From contig CAZBUK010000013.1 of NCBI GenBank assembly GCA_964495085.1, positions 1-62,949 on the forward strand: a stretch of DNA of 62,949 bases. Reading direction: 5' to 3'. This stretch comes from an uncultured Ignavibacteriales bacterium. GTDB taxonomy: Bacteria; Bacteroidota; Ignavibacteria; T3Sed10-11. A model generated the notes under the pieces. It made no database searches. It was not told where the DNA came from and worked only from the letters and a program-made list of their open reading frames with translations. Below are positions 48,649 through 57,573 of the stretch, piece after piece. Position 1 is the stretch's first letter. The number at the start of each line of letters is the position of its first letter. The position numbers and the translations under genes are program-made.

Positions 48649-50003
48649 TATGAACCCTCGTATATTCCTTTGAGGCGATCCTGCAAAAGTTTGACCAGCA
48701 CTCTGTGGTGCAAATAATCCCTGAGTTCTTTTACCTTGATGCGGTCGATCACGTCGCTGGCAAATGCATAGGTCAGAATGTCGCGGGACAATTCTTTGTC
48801 TATTCCCCTCGATCGGAGATAGAACAGAGCGTTGTTATCGAGTTGTCCGATCGTAGCCCCATGCGTACATTTAACATCGTCGGCGAATATTTCAAGCTGC
48901 GGCTTGGTGTCGATCGCGGCTTCGTCCGACAGGAGCAGCGCCTTGTTCGTCTGCTTTGCATCGGTCTTCTGAGCATCGACCCGGACGAATATCTTACCAT
49001 TAAAAACCCCATGCGCCTGTCCGTCGAGAATCCCTTTATATACCTCGTGACTGTTGCAGTGGGGTTGAGCATGGTCAATCGTCGTATGATTGTCGATAAC
49101 CTGCCTCCCGGTACCAAGATACAACCCGTTCAGCGTAGTTTCAACCCCTTGCGCATCGAGCACCGCATATGAATTATTTCTCGTAATCGCACCGCCGAAC
49201 ATCGCCGAGTGTGAAGAGAACGCGCTCTTCCCGAGATGATGTACGCGGAGCGTTGAGATATGATACGCGGATTCGCTTTCCTCCTGTATCCGGTAATGGT
49301 CCAGAACCGAATCGGTATCCAACACTACTTCGGTAACTGTATTGGTGCAGTACTCGTTCGTATCCGCGCCCGCGAACGTCTCGATAATGGTGGCGACGCT
49401 GTTTTTTCCGGCAACGATCAGGTTACGCGGGAAGGTTATAAACGGTTCGAGCCTGCCGCTCGAGAGGAACAGGAGGTGGATGGGCACATCGACGGTCGCG
49501 TTGTCGCGAAGGTGGATAAACGCGCCGTCATGTATAAAAGCTGTATTCAGAGCTGTAAATGCATCCTGATCGAATGTTGCATAGCGGGCGAGATGTTTTT
49601 CCGCGATCTCCGGATTCGATTTTACCGCCTCCGCCATACTGCAGATTCTCACCCGGTCCGGAAGGTCTCCGATTTTCGACAGCTTCTCCGAATAATGTCC
49701 GTCCACAAAAACCAGCAGATGACTCCGCATATCGTCGTACGAGTATCGCTCAAGAACGGCTTCGGGAATCGGAGAGATCTCATGCCGGTGAACCGTATTA
49801 AACTTAGCGCGCGCAATTGCACCGATGTTCGTATATTTCCACTCTTCATGGCGAGTGGTAGGAAATCCTAGTTCGCTGAACTTTGCCAACGCTCGTTTCC
49901 GGATATCGTGCAGCCAGGAATTCGCTTCGCCGTTCAAATTCTTCTCGTGAATGAGAAAGCTGGCTTCATACTGTGCAATATGTTCTTTCGAAGATAATTC
50001 CAT
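48648..50003 (-). CDS. sufD: Fe-S cluster assembly protein SufD
   Basis: EEWKYT, VFNGKI, KPQLEIFADDVKCTHGAT, FYLRSRGI. Confidence 0.95.
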   Translation of the reverse strand: MELSSKEHIAQYEASFLIHEKNLNGEANSWLHDIRKRALAKFSELGFPTTRHEEWKYTNIGAIARAKFNTVHRHEISPIPEAVLERYSYDDMRSHLLVFVDGHYSEKLSKIGDLPDRVRICSMAEAVKSNPEIAEKHLARYATFDQDAFTALNTAFIHDGAFIHLRDNATVDVPIHLLFLSSGRLEPFITFPRNLIVAGKNSVATIIETFAGADTNEYCTNTVTEVVLDTDSVLDHYRIQEESESAYHISTLRVHHLGKSAFSSHSAMFGGAITRNNSYAVLDAQGVETTLNGLYLGTGRQVIDNHTTIDHAQPHCNSHEVYKGILDGQAHGVFNGKIFVRVDAQKTDAKQTNKALLLSDEAAIDTKPQLEIFADDVKCTHGATIGQLDNNALFYLRSRGIDKELSRDILTYAFASDVIDRIKVKELRDYLHHRVLVKLLQDRLKGIYEGS

Positions 50004-50789
50004 TTACACGCTCTCCTCGAGTTTTGCTTTCAGGGGCGCATGTGCTTCCTTGGTGGAATCATAACCCTTCGCCTCAAGTTCAATGGCAAGATCTTTATCT
50101 CCAGATTTCACGATCATTCCGTTGAGAAGAATATGCACATAGTCGGGGATAATATAATTCAGAAGACGCTGATAGTGCGTTACGATGATAATAGCACGGT
50201 CCGCGGACCGGAGTTGGTTGACGCCGTCGGCGACGACTTTCAGCGCATCGATATCGAGTCCCGAATCCGTTTCGTCCAGTACCGCAAGCTTCGGCTCGAG
50301 GACCGCCATCTGAAGTATTTCATTCCGCTTTTTCTCTCCCCCTGAAAAAGCATCGTTCACGGATCGGTTCAGCATATCGGTTTCGATCTGCAGATGCCGG
50401 GCTCGTTCTTTGATCAATTTGAGAAAATCCATCGCGTCGAGCGGATCCAGACCTCTGTGTTTTCTGATTTCATTGAGGGCGGTTTTCAGAAAGTATGAAT
50501 TGGTAACGCCCGGGATCTCCACCGGATACTGGAAGGCCATAAATACGCCCTCGCGTGCACGCTCCTCCGGAGCCATGTCGAGCAGATCCTTCCCTTCGTA
50601 GATAATCTCGCCGCCGGTAATATCGTAGGTTTCGCGTCCCGCGATCACCTGTGCCAGAGTGCTCTTGCCGGATCCGTTCGGGCCCATGATGGCATGGATC
50701 TCGCCGGCGTTCACCTTCAGATTCACTCCCTTGAGTATCTGTTTCCCTTCTACTTCGGCCTGCAGGTTTTTGATTTCAAGCATGTGCAT
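50004..50789 (-). CDS. sufC: Fe-S cluster assembly ATPase SufC
   Basis: GPNGSGKST, FQYPVEIPGV, FSGGEKKRNE, DETDSGLDIDAL. Confidence 0.96.
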   Translation of the reverse strand: MHMLEIKNLQAEVEGKQILKGVNLKVNAGEIHAIMGPNGSGKSTLAQVIAGRETYDITGGEIIYEGKDLLDMAPEERAREGVFMAFQYPVEIPGVTNSYFLKTALNEIRKHRGLDPLDAMDFLKLIKERARHLQIETDMLNRSVNDAFSGGEKKRNEILQMAVLEPKLAVLDETDSGLDIDALKVVADGVNQLRSADRAIIIVTHYQRLLNYIIPDYVHILLNGMIVKSGDKDLAIELEAKGYDSTKEAHAPLKAKLEESV

Positions 50790-50900
50790 CTTTCTCCGTA
50801 ATTATTTCAATATTACATTTTATCGTTCTTAAGCGCATCAGTGTCGTGGATAGATCGGAAAATCGGTGCAGCTCCGGTACTCTCCCGGGGATACCACTTG

Positions 50901-52427
50901 TTATCCGACGCTCCCCTCCAGGCTGATGCCGAGCAGTTTCTGGGCTTCAACTGCAAATTCCATGGGCAATTCACGGAACACCTCTTTTGCAAAACCGTTT
51001 ACGATCATCGATACCGCATCCTCGGTCGAAATACCCCGCTGGTTGCAGTAAAAGATCTGATCCTCGCCTATCTTCGATGTCGTGGCTTCATGTTCCACCT
51101 GAGCGGATTTATTCTTGATCTCGATATACGGAAAGGTATGCGCTCCGCACCGGTCGCCGAGGAGGAGCGAATCGCATTGCGAGAAATTGCGCGCACCTTC
51201 GGCTCCCTTCATTACTTTAACGAGACCGCGATAGGAATTATTGCTGACTCCGCCGGCAATGCCCTTCGAGACGATCGTACTCCGCGTATTTTTTCCGAGA
51301 TGGATCATCTTCGTTCCGGTATCCGCCTGCTGATGATTCATCGTCAGCGCCACCGAATAAAACTCTCCGACGGAATTGTCTCCCTGCAGAATGACCCCCG
51401 GATATTTCCAGGTGATTGCCGAACCGGTCTCCACCTGCGTCCACGAGATCTTCGAGTTGACACCCGCACATTTACCGCGCTTTGTTACAAAGTTGTAAAT
51501 TCCGCCCTTCCCATCCTTGTCACCGGGATACCAGTTCTGAACCGTGGAATACTTTACCGAAGCATCATTGAACGCCACCAGTTCAACCACCGCAGCATGC
51601 AACTGATGCGTATCGCGCATCGGTGCGGTGCACCCCTCAAGATAACTGACATAGCTTCCCTCTTCCGCAACAATCAGGGTTCTCTCAAATTGTCCGGTAT
51701 TCGGATTATTGATGCGGAAATAGGTTGAGAGTTCCATCGGACATCTGACACCCTTCGGCACGAACACAAACGAGCCGTCGCTGAATACAGCGGAGTTTAG
51801 CGCCGCAAAATAATTATCGTTGTAGGGAACGACCGATCCGAGGTACTTCCGGACAAGATCCGGATGATTTTTTACGGCTTCCGACATCGAACAGAATATG
51901 ATGCCGAGTTCGGCTAATTTTTTCTTATACGTCGTAGCTACCGATACACTGTCGAAAACTGCATCAACGGCTACCCCGGCGAGGATTTTCTGCTCTTCGA
52001 GCGGTATGCCTAATTTTTCATACATCTTAAGCAACTCGGGATCGATTTCATCCAGATTCTTCGGTCCCTCTCCTTTCATTTTGGGAGCTGCGTAATATAC
52101 CTGATCCTGATACTCGATAGTGGTATATTTAATATTAGCCCACGACGGCTCTTCCATCTTCAACCAGTTGCGGTATGCCTTGAGTCTCCATTCCAGAAGC
52201 CATTCCGGTTCCTCTTTTTTGGCGGAGATGAACCGGACGGTATCTTCATTCAGACCGGGAGCCAGTACATCCTGTTCGATATCGGTGTGGAATCCCCACT
52301 TGTAGTCCCTGTTCGCAAGGGCTTCAAGCGTATCTTTTTCCGTAACCTTTTTCTTGGCCTTGTGAATCTTCTTCTCTTCTGTACCCTCGACTATCTGTCC
52401 TTCCTGCTCCAGGACATTGCTCATCAT
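50901..52427 (-). CDS. sufB: Fe-S cluster assembly protein SufB
   Basis: [42 protein letters not shown]; Lys/Glu-rich N-terminal extension. Confidence 0.96.
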   Translation of the reverse strand: MMSNVLEQEGQIVEGTEEKKIHKAKKKVTEKDTLEALANRDYKWGFHTDIEQDVLAPGLNEDTVRFISAKKEEPEWLLEWRLKAYRNWLKMEEPSWANIKYTTIEYQDQVYYAAPKMKGEGPKNLDEIDPELLKMYEKLGIPLEEQKILAGVAVDAVFDSVSVATTYKKKLAELGIIFCSMSEAVKNHPDLVRKYLGSVVPYNDNYFAALNSAVFSDGSFVFVPKGVRCPMELSTYFRINNPNTGQFERTLIVAEEGSYVSYLEGCTAPMRDTHQLHAAVVELVAFNDASVKYSTVQNWYPGDKDGKGGIYNFVTKRGKCAGVNSKISWTQVETGSAITWKYPGVILQGDNSVGEFYSVALTMNHQQADTGTKMIHLGKNTRSTIVSKGIAGGVSNNSYRGLVKVMKGAEGARNFSQCDSLLLGDRCGAHTFPYIEIKNKSAQVEHEATTSKIGEDQIFYCNQRGISTEDAVSMIVNGFAKEVFRELPMEFAVEAQKLLGISLEGSVG

Positions 52428-52486
52428 TAACTCCTCACTAATTCTAGAATAATTAAAGGATAAAGTGTTTGATTTCAGCTACTTAC

Positions 52487-52511
52487 AAATCAGACTGTTT
52501 TAGTCCTATTT
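52487..52511. promoter_or_regulatory. Rrf2/IscR type-1-like operator AAATCA-GACTGTTTTAGTC-CTATTT
   Basis: GACT-N5-AGTC palindromic core about 60 nt upstream of sufB. Confidence 0.65.
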
Positions 52512-52697
52512 ATATAAAAAAAATGAGCGGCACATTGTCCGCTATAAATAATCATTCAAAATTACAAATTTTTATGCTTGAAATCAAGCAAAAGCGAACT
52601 ATACAAGTTTGGTTTTTTTCATTTTTCACATATATTCAACGAGTGCTAGCCGCAACGAGTTCCGCCTCAATACACAAAACTAGTCGTTTGCTATTCT

Positions 52698-53126
52698 ATG
52701 TCATTTGAAGAGTTAATGAAGGAATTTGCGGGACATTTTGAGAGAGACGACATACGCATTCTGGCCGCTGTCGGTCTCGATGGGTATCCGCTTCCTCAAA
52801 TGGTTCAAAACAATCGCTTCGGCGACCAGAGGCCGAAACTACCCCATCTTCTCGCAGTGAACGACTCGACTGGTGAAAATTATATCGGGATTATCAAAAC
52901 GGCGCAGGACGATCTTGAGAGTACATCTGCTCTCACAGAATACGATCTCTATCTCGACTTATCGCATGGGGATGAAAAGCTGAGGCTTTGTATTTACCTC
53001 CCGCAGGAAAGACTTCAGGAATTCAATTCCCTGATTACCCATTATATCCATCCCGATTACTGGAAACATCTCGTTATTATGACTCATCCCGCAGAAGATT
53101 CACGGGACAAGCGGGACAATTCATGA
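52698..53126 (+). CDS. Hypothetical protein
   Basis: 142-aa ORF with ordinary globular composition; AVGLDG weakly roadblock-like. Confidence 0.6.
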   Translation: MSFEELMKEFAGHFERDDIRILAAVGLDGYPLPQMVQNNRFGDQRPKLPHLLAVNDSTGENYIGIIKTAQDDLESTSALTEYDLYLDLSHGDEKLRLCIYLPQERLQEFNSLITHYIHPDYWKHLVIMTHPAEDSRDKRDNS

Positions 53127-53506
53127 ATCCAGGCGTCGGGATTCCTCACGGAAAACCGTACGGTCTGTTTCTTGCCTTCGTTTACCAGAACTACAGTTAC
53201 GGTCTTAGAGTTTTTTCCCATCCGGATATCCGTGGATTCAGAAAACTCGCAATCGAATACCGGCGATCTTTTCCAATTCAGGAGGATCAACCTTCGGTGG
53301 GTAAGCACGACAATACCGAGAGACCGACCAGCCTGATCCTCGGTCTCGCCTACAGAAAAGACCATGAGGCTTGTCTGAAGCACGATCCCTTCCTGTCGAT
53401 AACGGTAGAGATAATTGTCAAGTCTGTTCTTTATGTGCAATAAATAAAAGCCGATACCCAGAAGGATCAATGGAATTATCAGCAGTATCTGAACGATCGG
53501 ATTCAT
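53084..53506 (-). CDS. Hypothetical membrane-anchored protein, possible PH/GRAM-like domain
   Basis: N-terminal TM segment; GIVVLTHRRLI and a C-terminal W-containing helix; 3' end overlaps the convergent gene by 43 nt. Confidence 0.6.
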   Translation of the reverse strand: MNPIVQILLIIPLILLGIGFYLLHIKNRLDNYLYRYRQEGIVLQTSLMVFSVGETEDQAGRSLGIVVLTHRRLILLNWKRSPVFDCEFSESTDIRMGKNSKTVTVVLVNEGKKQTVRFSVRNPDAWIHELSRLSRESSAG

Positions 53507-53749
53507 AACCTAACTTGAAATCTGGAAGGCGCCGCTGAGCGTCTGTACTCGGCATTAATAGTATTAAGACCGTTCATTTCCTCATCTGAATTTTACATAC
53601 TGTTTCTGTTGAGCAGGGATAATACCTTCCGCTCATGAACAACTGCGCCGCACTTTCGTAATCGACCCGACGACAGGTAGCCGAACACCGAACGAGTATA
53701 TGATCGTCCCGCAGCGGCTGGAACATGACTCCCTGCTCACAAGAATACA

Positions 53750-53801
53750 AATGTAACGAGCAGGATGCAAAGTTGCAAATTTAAGCAACATTCTGTATAA
53801 T
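53750..53801. promoter_or_regulatory. Divergent promoters sharing the palindromic -35 TTGCAA (53773-53778)
   Basis: Plus: TTGCAA-N17-TATAAT; minus: TTGCAA-N17-TACATT. Confidence 0.55.
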
Positions 53802-53823
53802 CAGTGTTATCTTGATCACACGT

Positions 53824-54432
53824 ATGACTCTCTCGCAGAAAATTCACGATCAACTTCCTCCCACCGTGTTTTCCTTAATGACCGTCGGCGTAGCGGTGAA
53901 TCTCGGGATGGGACAGTTCACGGCATTGCTCAAAATTCCACTCTATCTCGATTCTCTGGGCACAGTTGTGGTAGCGGTACTCGGAGGTATCATACCGGCG
54001 GTAATAACCGGCATTCTCTCCAATTTACTCGCGAGTGCGATATTCAGTCCGGCAATGATGTTCTTCATACCCACTATGATCGTTATCGCAGTGTGCGCCG
54101 GGCTGTTCGCCAAAAAGCATACCTTCATATACTGGTGGAGATCAGCGCTTTCCGGCGTCATCGTTGGAATCATTGCGGCTATTGTCTCCGCTCCTATATC
54201 CGCATACCTCTTCGGCGGTATTACGCTCGCGGGTACGGATTTCCTCGTTCTTTACTTCAGGGCAACGGGAGAAGAACTTCTGCGATCGGTACTTTACCAG
54301 GGTTTGGCATCCGATCCGATTGATAAGGGTATTACATTCGTGCTCGCATATGCGGTACTCAAGAATATGCCGAAGTCGCTCCTCGTAAAATTCCCCGGTT
54401 ACACAAACTTGAAGCGAAAAGGCACCAACTGA
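53824..54432 (+). CDS. ECF transporter S component, QrtT/STY3230-like
   Basis: KIPLYLDSLGT, LFGGIT, IDKGIT motifs; hydrophobic; first gene of an S-T-A-A' cluster. Confidence 0.82.
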   Translation: MTLSQKIHDQLPPTVFSLMTVGVAVNLGMGQFTALLKIPLYLDSLGTVVVAVLGGIIPAVITGILSNLLASAIFSPAMMFFIPTMIVIAVCAGLFAKKHTFIYWWRSALSGVIVGIIAAIVSAPISAYLFGGITLAGTDFLVLYFRATGEELLRSVLYQGLASDPIDKGITFVLAYAVLKNMPKSLLVKFPGYTNLKRKGTN

Positions 54433-55154
54433 TGCATTACTTACCGCATCCGGTACCGATGTTCAGCTTTCTGCTCTTCATTTTAATCGCAGGATTTGCT
54501 CTTCAAACGGGCAACCGTATACTGCTGACAACGGTGCTTCTTTTATTGTATTTGATCTTGCCGAACGGCATCATAGCAATCCGTTCGATCCTGAAGATAG
54601 CCGTCCCGCTTTGTCTCGTCATCGTAGTATTTATGATGTTCATTTATCCCGAAACCGTAACCTGGATACCGGTCGGTCCGCTGGCGATATCATACGAAGG
54701 TATGCTCACCGGAGTGGAGATGATATCGAGGATAACGCTTCTTTTTACAGGTATCATTGGTTTCTTTACATTCCTTCCGCTTCAGCGCCTCGGATCGTAT
54801 CTCTATCAGCAAAATCTGCCGTTATGGTTGGTATTCATTCTTATTAACGGATTAAAATTCGTCGATCGGTTCAAGTCAAAGGTACATGAGGTTCATTTTT
54901 ATCAACACCTCAGAGGCATGCCCAGATCGGGCGTACTGAAGAGATGGCGGTCGACCATGCAGCTCCTTATTCCGCTGTTATATGTCCTCATTGAGGAGAG
55001 TTCGAACCGGGCGATAGCTTTGGAAATGCGCGGCTTCACCTCGGTCGAAAAAAGATCTGCGGTCTACCCGGACAGACAGACCTCCATCGACAAGCTGCTC
55101 ACTTTCATATTTTTAGCGTGCAGTACAGTCATTATTTTCTCCAGTCTCATATGA
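54432..55154 (+). CDS. ECF transporter T component
   Basis: TM N-terminal half; two xRG coupling motifs (LRG and MRG). Confidence 0.85.
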   Translation: MHYLPHPVPMFSFLLFILIAGFALQTGNRILLTTVLLLLYLILPNGIIAIRSILKIAVPLCLVIVVFMMFIYPETVTWIPVGPLAISYEGMLTGVEMISRITLLFTGIIGFFTFLPLQRLGSYLYQQNLPLWLVFILINGLKFVDRFKSKVHEVHFYQHLRGMPRSGVLKRWRSTMQLLIPLLYVLIEESSNRAIALEMRGFTSVEKRSAVYPDRQTSIDKLLTFIFLACSTVIIFSSLI

Positions 55155-55984
55155 GTATGAACGCCGACCATTTATCCTGTAAGGACGAAAACGGCTCGAT
55201 CATATTCGAAGATACTTCCTTCTCGATAGGTAACGGCAGCCGCACTGCGGTTCTGTCCGAGGATTTGTTCGCAGCATCGATTCTCTGTCATTCGATATCG
55301 GGAATTCTCCCGCGGACGCATCCGGTTTACCGACTCGCGGGTAATGTGCGGATCGGTCGGGAAGATCTGTTCTCGTTGACCATACAAGCAAGAGTAAACA
55401 GGATCACCTACGTCCCGGAACACAGTGAGCTCTTACTAAGCGGTGTAAAGGATAGCGTATTCGGAGAAGTTGCCCTGAGCCTGGAATTGAGGGGTCACGA
55501 ACCGGAAGCGATCGGAGCTGCGGTTGACACGACGCTGAAAAATCTTGGCATCGATTCTCTGAGAGAGCGAAGTCCGGAGGAACTCTCGGGAGGTGAACGC
55601 CAGAAAGTAGCACTGGCATCCGTGTTCGTTTCGCAGCCGGAAATACTGGTTCTCGACAATCCCTCATTATATCTGGACGGAGAAGGAATCCGCTCGCTCA
55701 TATCGATAATCCGGGACTACCGGGGCACTGTAATAATCTCCGATCCGAATCCGTTACTCTGGGCCGCGGTCGTCGACGGCTTTCTGCTGATGGTACGTAA
55801 TCGGTTCATTCCCTGCGGAATGAAGGAATTTATCGATAAAGCTCTTTCTGCACATTCAGCGATTGAACTCCCCCCCTGGCTGGATACACTCAACCGGCTC
55901 CGCGGGAAGAACATCCCCGTCGATTTACCCGCTAGCACGGTTGCAGCCGATAGTATCGCGATTCTCTCCGGAGTCGTTCGATGA
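55151..55984 (+). CDS. ECF ATPase with degenerate Walker A/B and H-switch
   Basis: LSGGERQKVALA signature intact; Walker A position reads AVLSEDLFAAS; Walker B LDNP; ATGA overlap with the T gene. Confidence 0.82.
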   Translation: MSMNADHLSCKDENGSIIFEDTSFSIGNGSRTAVLSEDLFAASILCHSISGILPRTHPVYRLAGNVRIGREDLFSLTIQARVNRITYVPEHSELLLSGVKDSVFGEVALSLELRGHEPEAIGAAVDTTLKNLGIDSLRERSPEELSGGERQKVALASVFVSQPEILVLDNPSLYLDGEGIRSLISIIRDYRGTVIISDPNPLLWAAVVDGFLLMVRNRFIPCGMKEFIDKALSAHSAIELPPWLDTLNRLRGKNIPVDLPASTVAADSIAILSGVVR

Positions 55985-56805
55985 TACAATGCCGGAATCT
56001 CTCATACTCCTATGCGCCGGGACAGGGTATTTCAAGAATCTCGATCGAGATACCGGATAGTTCAATCTATCTGCTGACGGGTCCGAACGGCTCCGGCAAA
56101 AGCACACTCCTGAAGATCCTGGCCGGGGGATTGAGACAATCAAGGGGAGAAATTACTTTTAAAAGGGACGATAATTTATTACCCGATAAGAGGTTACCGC
56201 ATAAGTTTAATGTATCGCTGTCCCCTCAGCAGCCGGAAACTCAGTTTTCACTAAGGACGGTGCGCCACGAACTCCGGTTTACGTCCGCTGTTACCGGTTT
56301 GCCCTATGACGAAGATATGGAGAGTGAAATCGTGTCGCTCCTCGGGCTGGCCGGTAAACTCGATATTTCACCCTATGACCTGATTCAGTCGGACCGGAAA
56401 CTTCTATCCCTCGCCATAGCTGGTCTCGTTCCTTCGGGTATGGTAGCGCTTGACGAACCGACCGCAGGACTGGACGTTTCGCGAAAGAAAAGAATTCCGG
56501 ATCTCATCAAATTGTTGCAGACTCAACGGAGAAGCATCCTGCTCGTCAGCCATGATATCGTATTCTTTCTCCCACTTGCCACGCATCTCGGCATACTGCA
56601 GAAGGGAATTTCTGTCGAGTCGTGTCCTGTTCCTGAATTTCTTTCGAAAGTCGCTTCGGAGACTTACCCCCCCGATATCCTCCGCGATTTTCTGCTTCCC
56701 CGGTTAGGTAAAATGATCGTCTCCACACCGGTCGTATCCGCAGCAGAACTCGCAGAGCAGATACTGGTGTTGATTTCCCAGAGAAATAAGAAATTATCCG
56801 GATAA
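55981..56805 (+). CDS. ECF ATPase with degenerate ABC signature
   Basis: GPNGSGKST, LDEPTAGLD and SHD intact; signature position reads LIQSD. Confidence 0.85.
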   Translation: MIQCRNLSYSYAPGQGISRISIEIPDSSIYLLTGPNGSGKSTLLKILAGGLRQSRGEITFKRDDNLLPDKRLPHKFNVSLSPQQPETQFSLRTVRHELRFTSAVTGLPYDEDMESEIVSLLGLAGKLDISPYDLIQSDRKLLSLAIAGLVPSGMVALDEPTAGLDVSRKKRIPDLIKLLQTQRRSILLVSHDIVFFLPLATHLGILQKGISVESCPVPEFLSKVASETYPPDILRDFLLPRLGKMIVSTPVVSAAELAEQILVLISQRNKKLSG

Positions 56806-56808
56806 GCC

Positions 56809-57426
56809 ATGAAATCGATAAAGCTTGCATCACTTTCGAAACGTGAACGATATCAATTGATGACCACCGCCGTAATACCCAGACCCATCGCCTGGATTAC
56901 AACCTACGATAAAGCGGGGAGGATTAATGCCGCACCGTTTAGCTACTTCAACTGTGTCTCCACAGTCCCTCCGCTCGTATCCGTCGCCGTTGGTTACCGG
57001 ACCGGAGGATTCAAGGATACGGCGAGGAATATCAGAGAAACCGGTGAGTTTGTCGTCAATGCAGTTCCCGAATCGCTGGCGGAGAAGATGAATCTCACCG
57101 CTACCGATTTCCCTCCCGAAATCAGCGAGATAGAGGTGGCGGATCTGAAAACGATCGATTCGGACATAGTCGGTCCACCGCGGCTTGCCGATTCGCCTAT
57201 TCAGATGGAATGCAGGCTCTACCGCCTCATCCCCATCGGAGAGGGAAGCTCTGATCTCATTCTCGGAGAGATTCTTCTTATCCATATAGCCGATACGATA
57301 GATATCGACGAGAACTACCGGATTGATCCGCGTTCGATCGGGCTTATAGGCAGACTCGGCGGTTCGTACTATGCGAAGACGGAGGGTATCTTTGAAATGG
57401 TAAGAAAAAAATATACAAAATCATAA
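56809..57426 (+). CDS. Flavin reductase-like (DIM6/NTAB, flavoredoxin) protein
   Basis: PRPIAWITT, NAAPFSYFN, KDTARNI, GEFVVN, IGRLGG. Confidence 0.9.
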   Translation: MKSIKLASLSKRERYQLMTTAVIPRPIAWITTYDKAGRINAAPFSYFNCVSTVPPLVSVAVGYRTGGFKDTARNIRETGEFVVNAVPESLAEKMNLTATDFPPEISEIEVADLKTIDSDIVGPPRLADSPIQMECRLYRLIPIGEGSSDLILGEILLIHIADTIDIDENYRIDPRSIGLIGRLGGSYYAKTEGIFEMVRKKYTKS

Positions 57427-57485
57427 AAACCGGGCAGCAGAAAAAACCATAGAGATAAAGCAGCCGAATGAGATGGCGGGTGGAA

Positions 57486-57523
57486 ATTCCATGGAGAAGG
57501 GCGAGAGCCATTCACCATGGAAT
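57486..57523. other. Hairpin between convergent genes
   Basis: ATTCCATGG...GGC-GAGA-GCC...CCATGGAAT. Confidence 0.5.
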
Positions 57524-57573
57524 ATTCCGATGGAAGAGAAATTTAAGGAGGTAGAACTCTGACGATAAATATC

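Noticed and set aside
34718-51728. Long plus-strand ORFs (34718..35704, 36251..37021, 49260..49871, 50841..51728)
   Set aside because: Antisense shadows of dnaE, sufD and sufB with no protein-like motifs
34052-52427. Inteins in DnaE or SufB
   Set aside because: Lengths are normal and no splice-junction or LAGLIDADG motifs are visible
53573-53726. ~50-codon minus-strand ORF inside the structured leader
   Set aside because: RBS spacing is too short and there are no coding features
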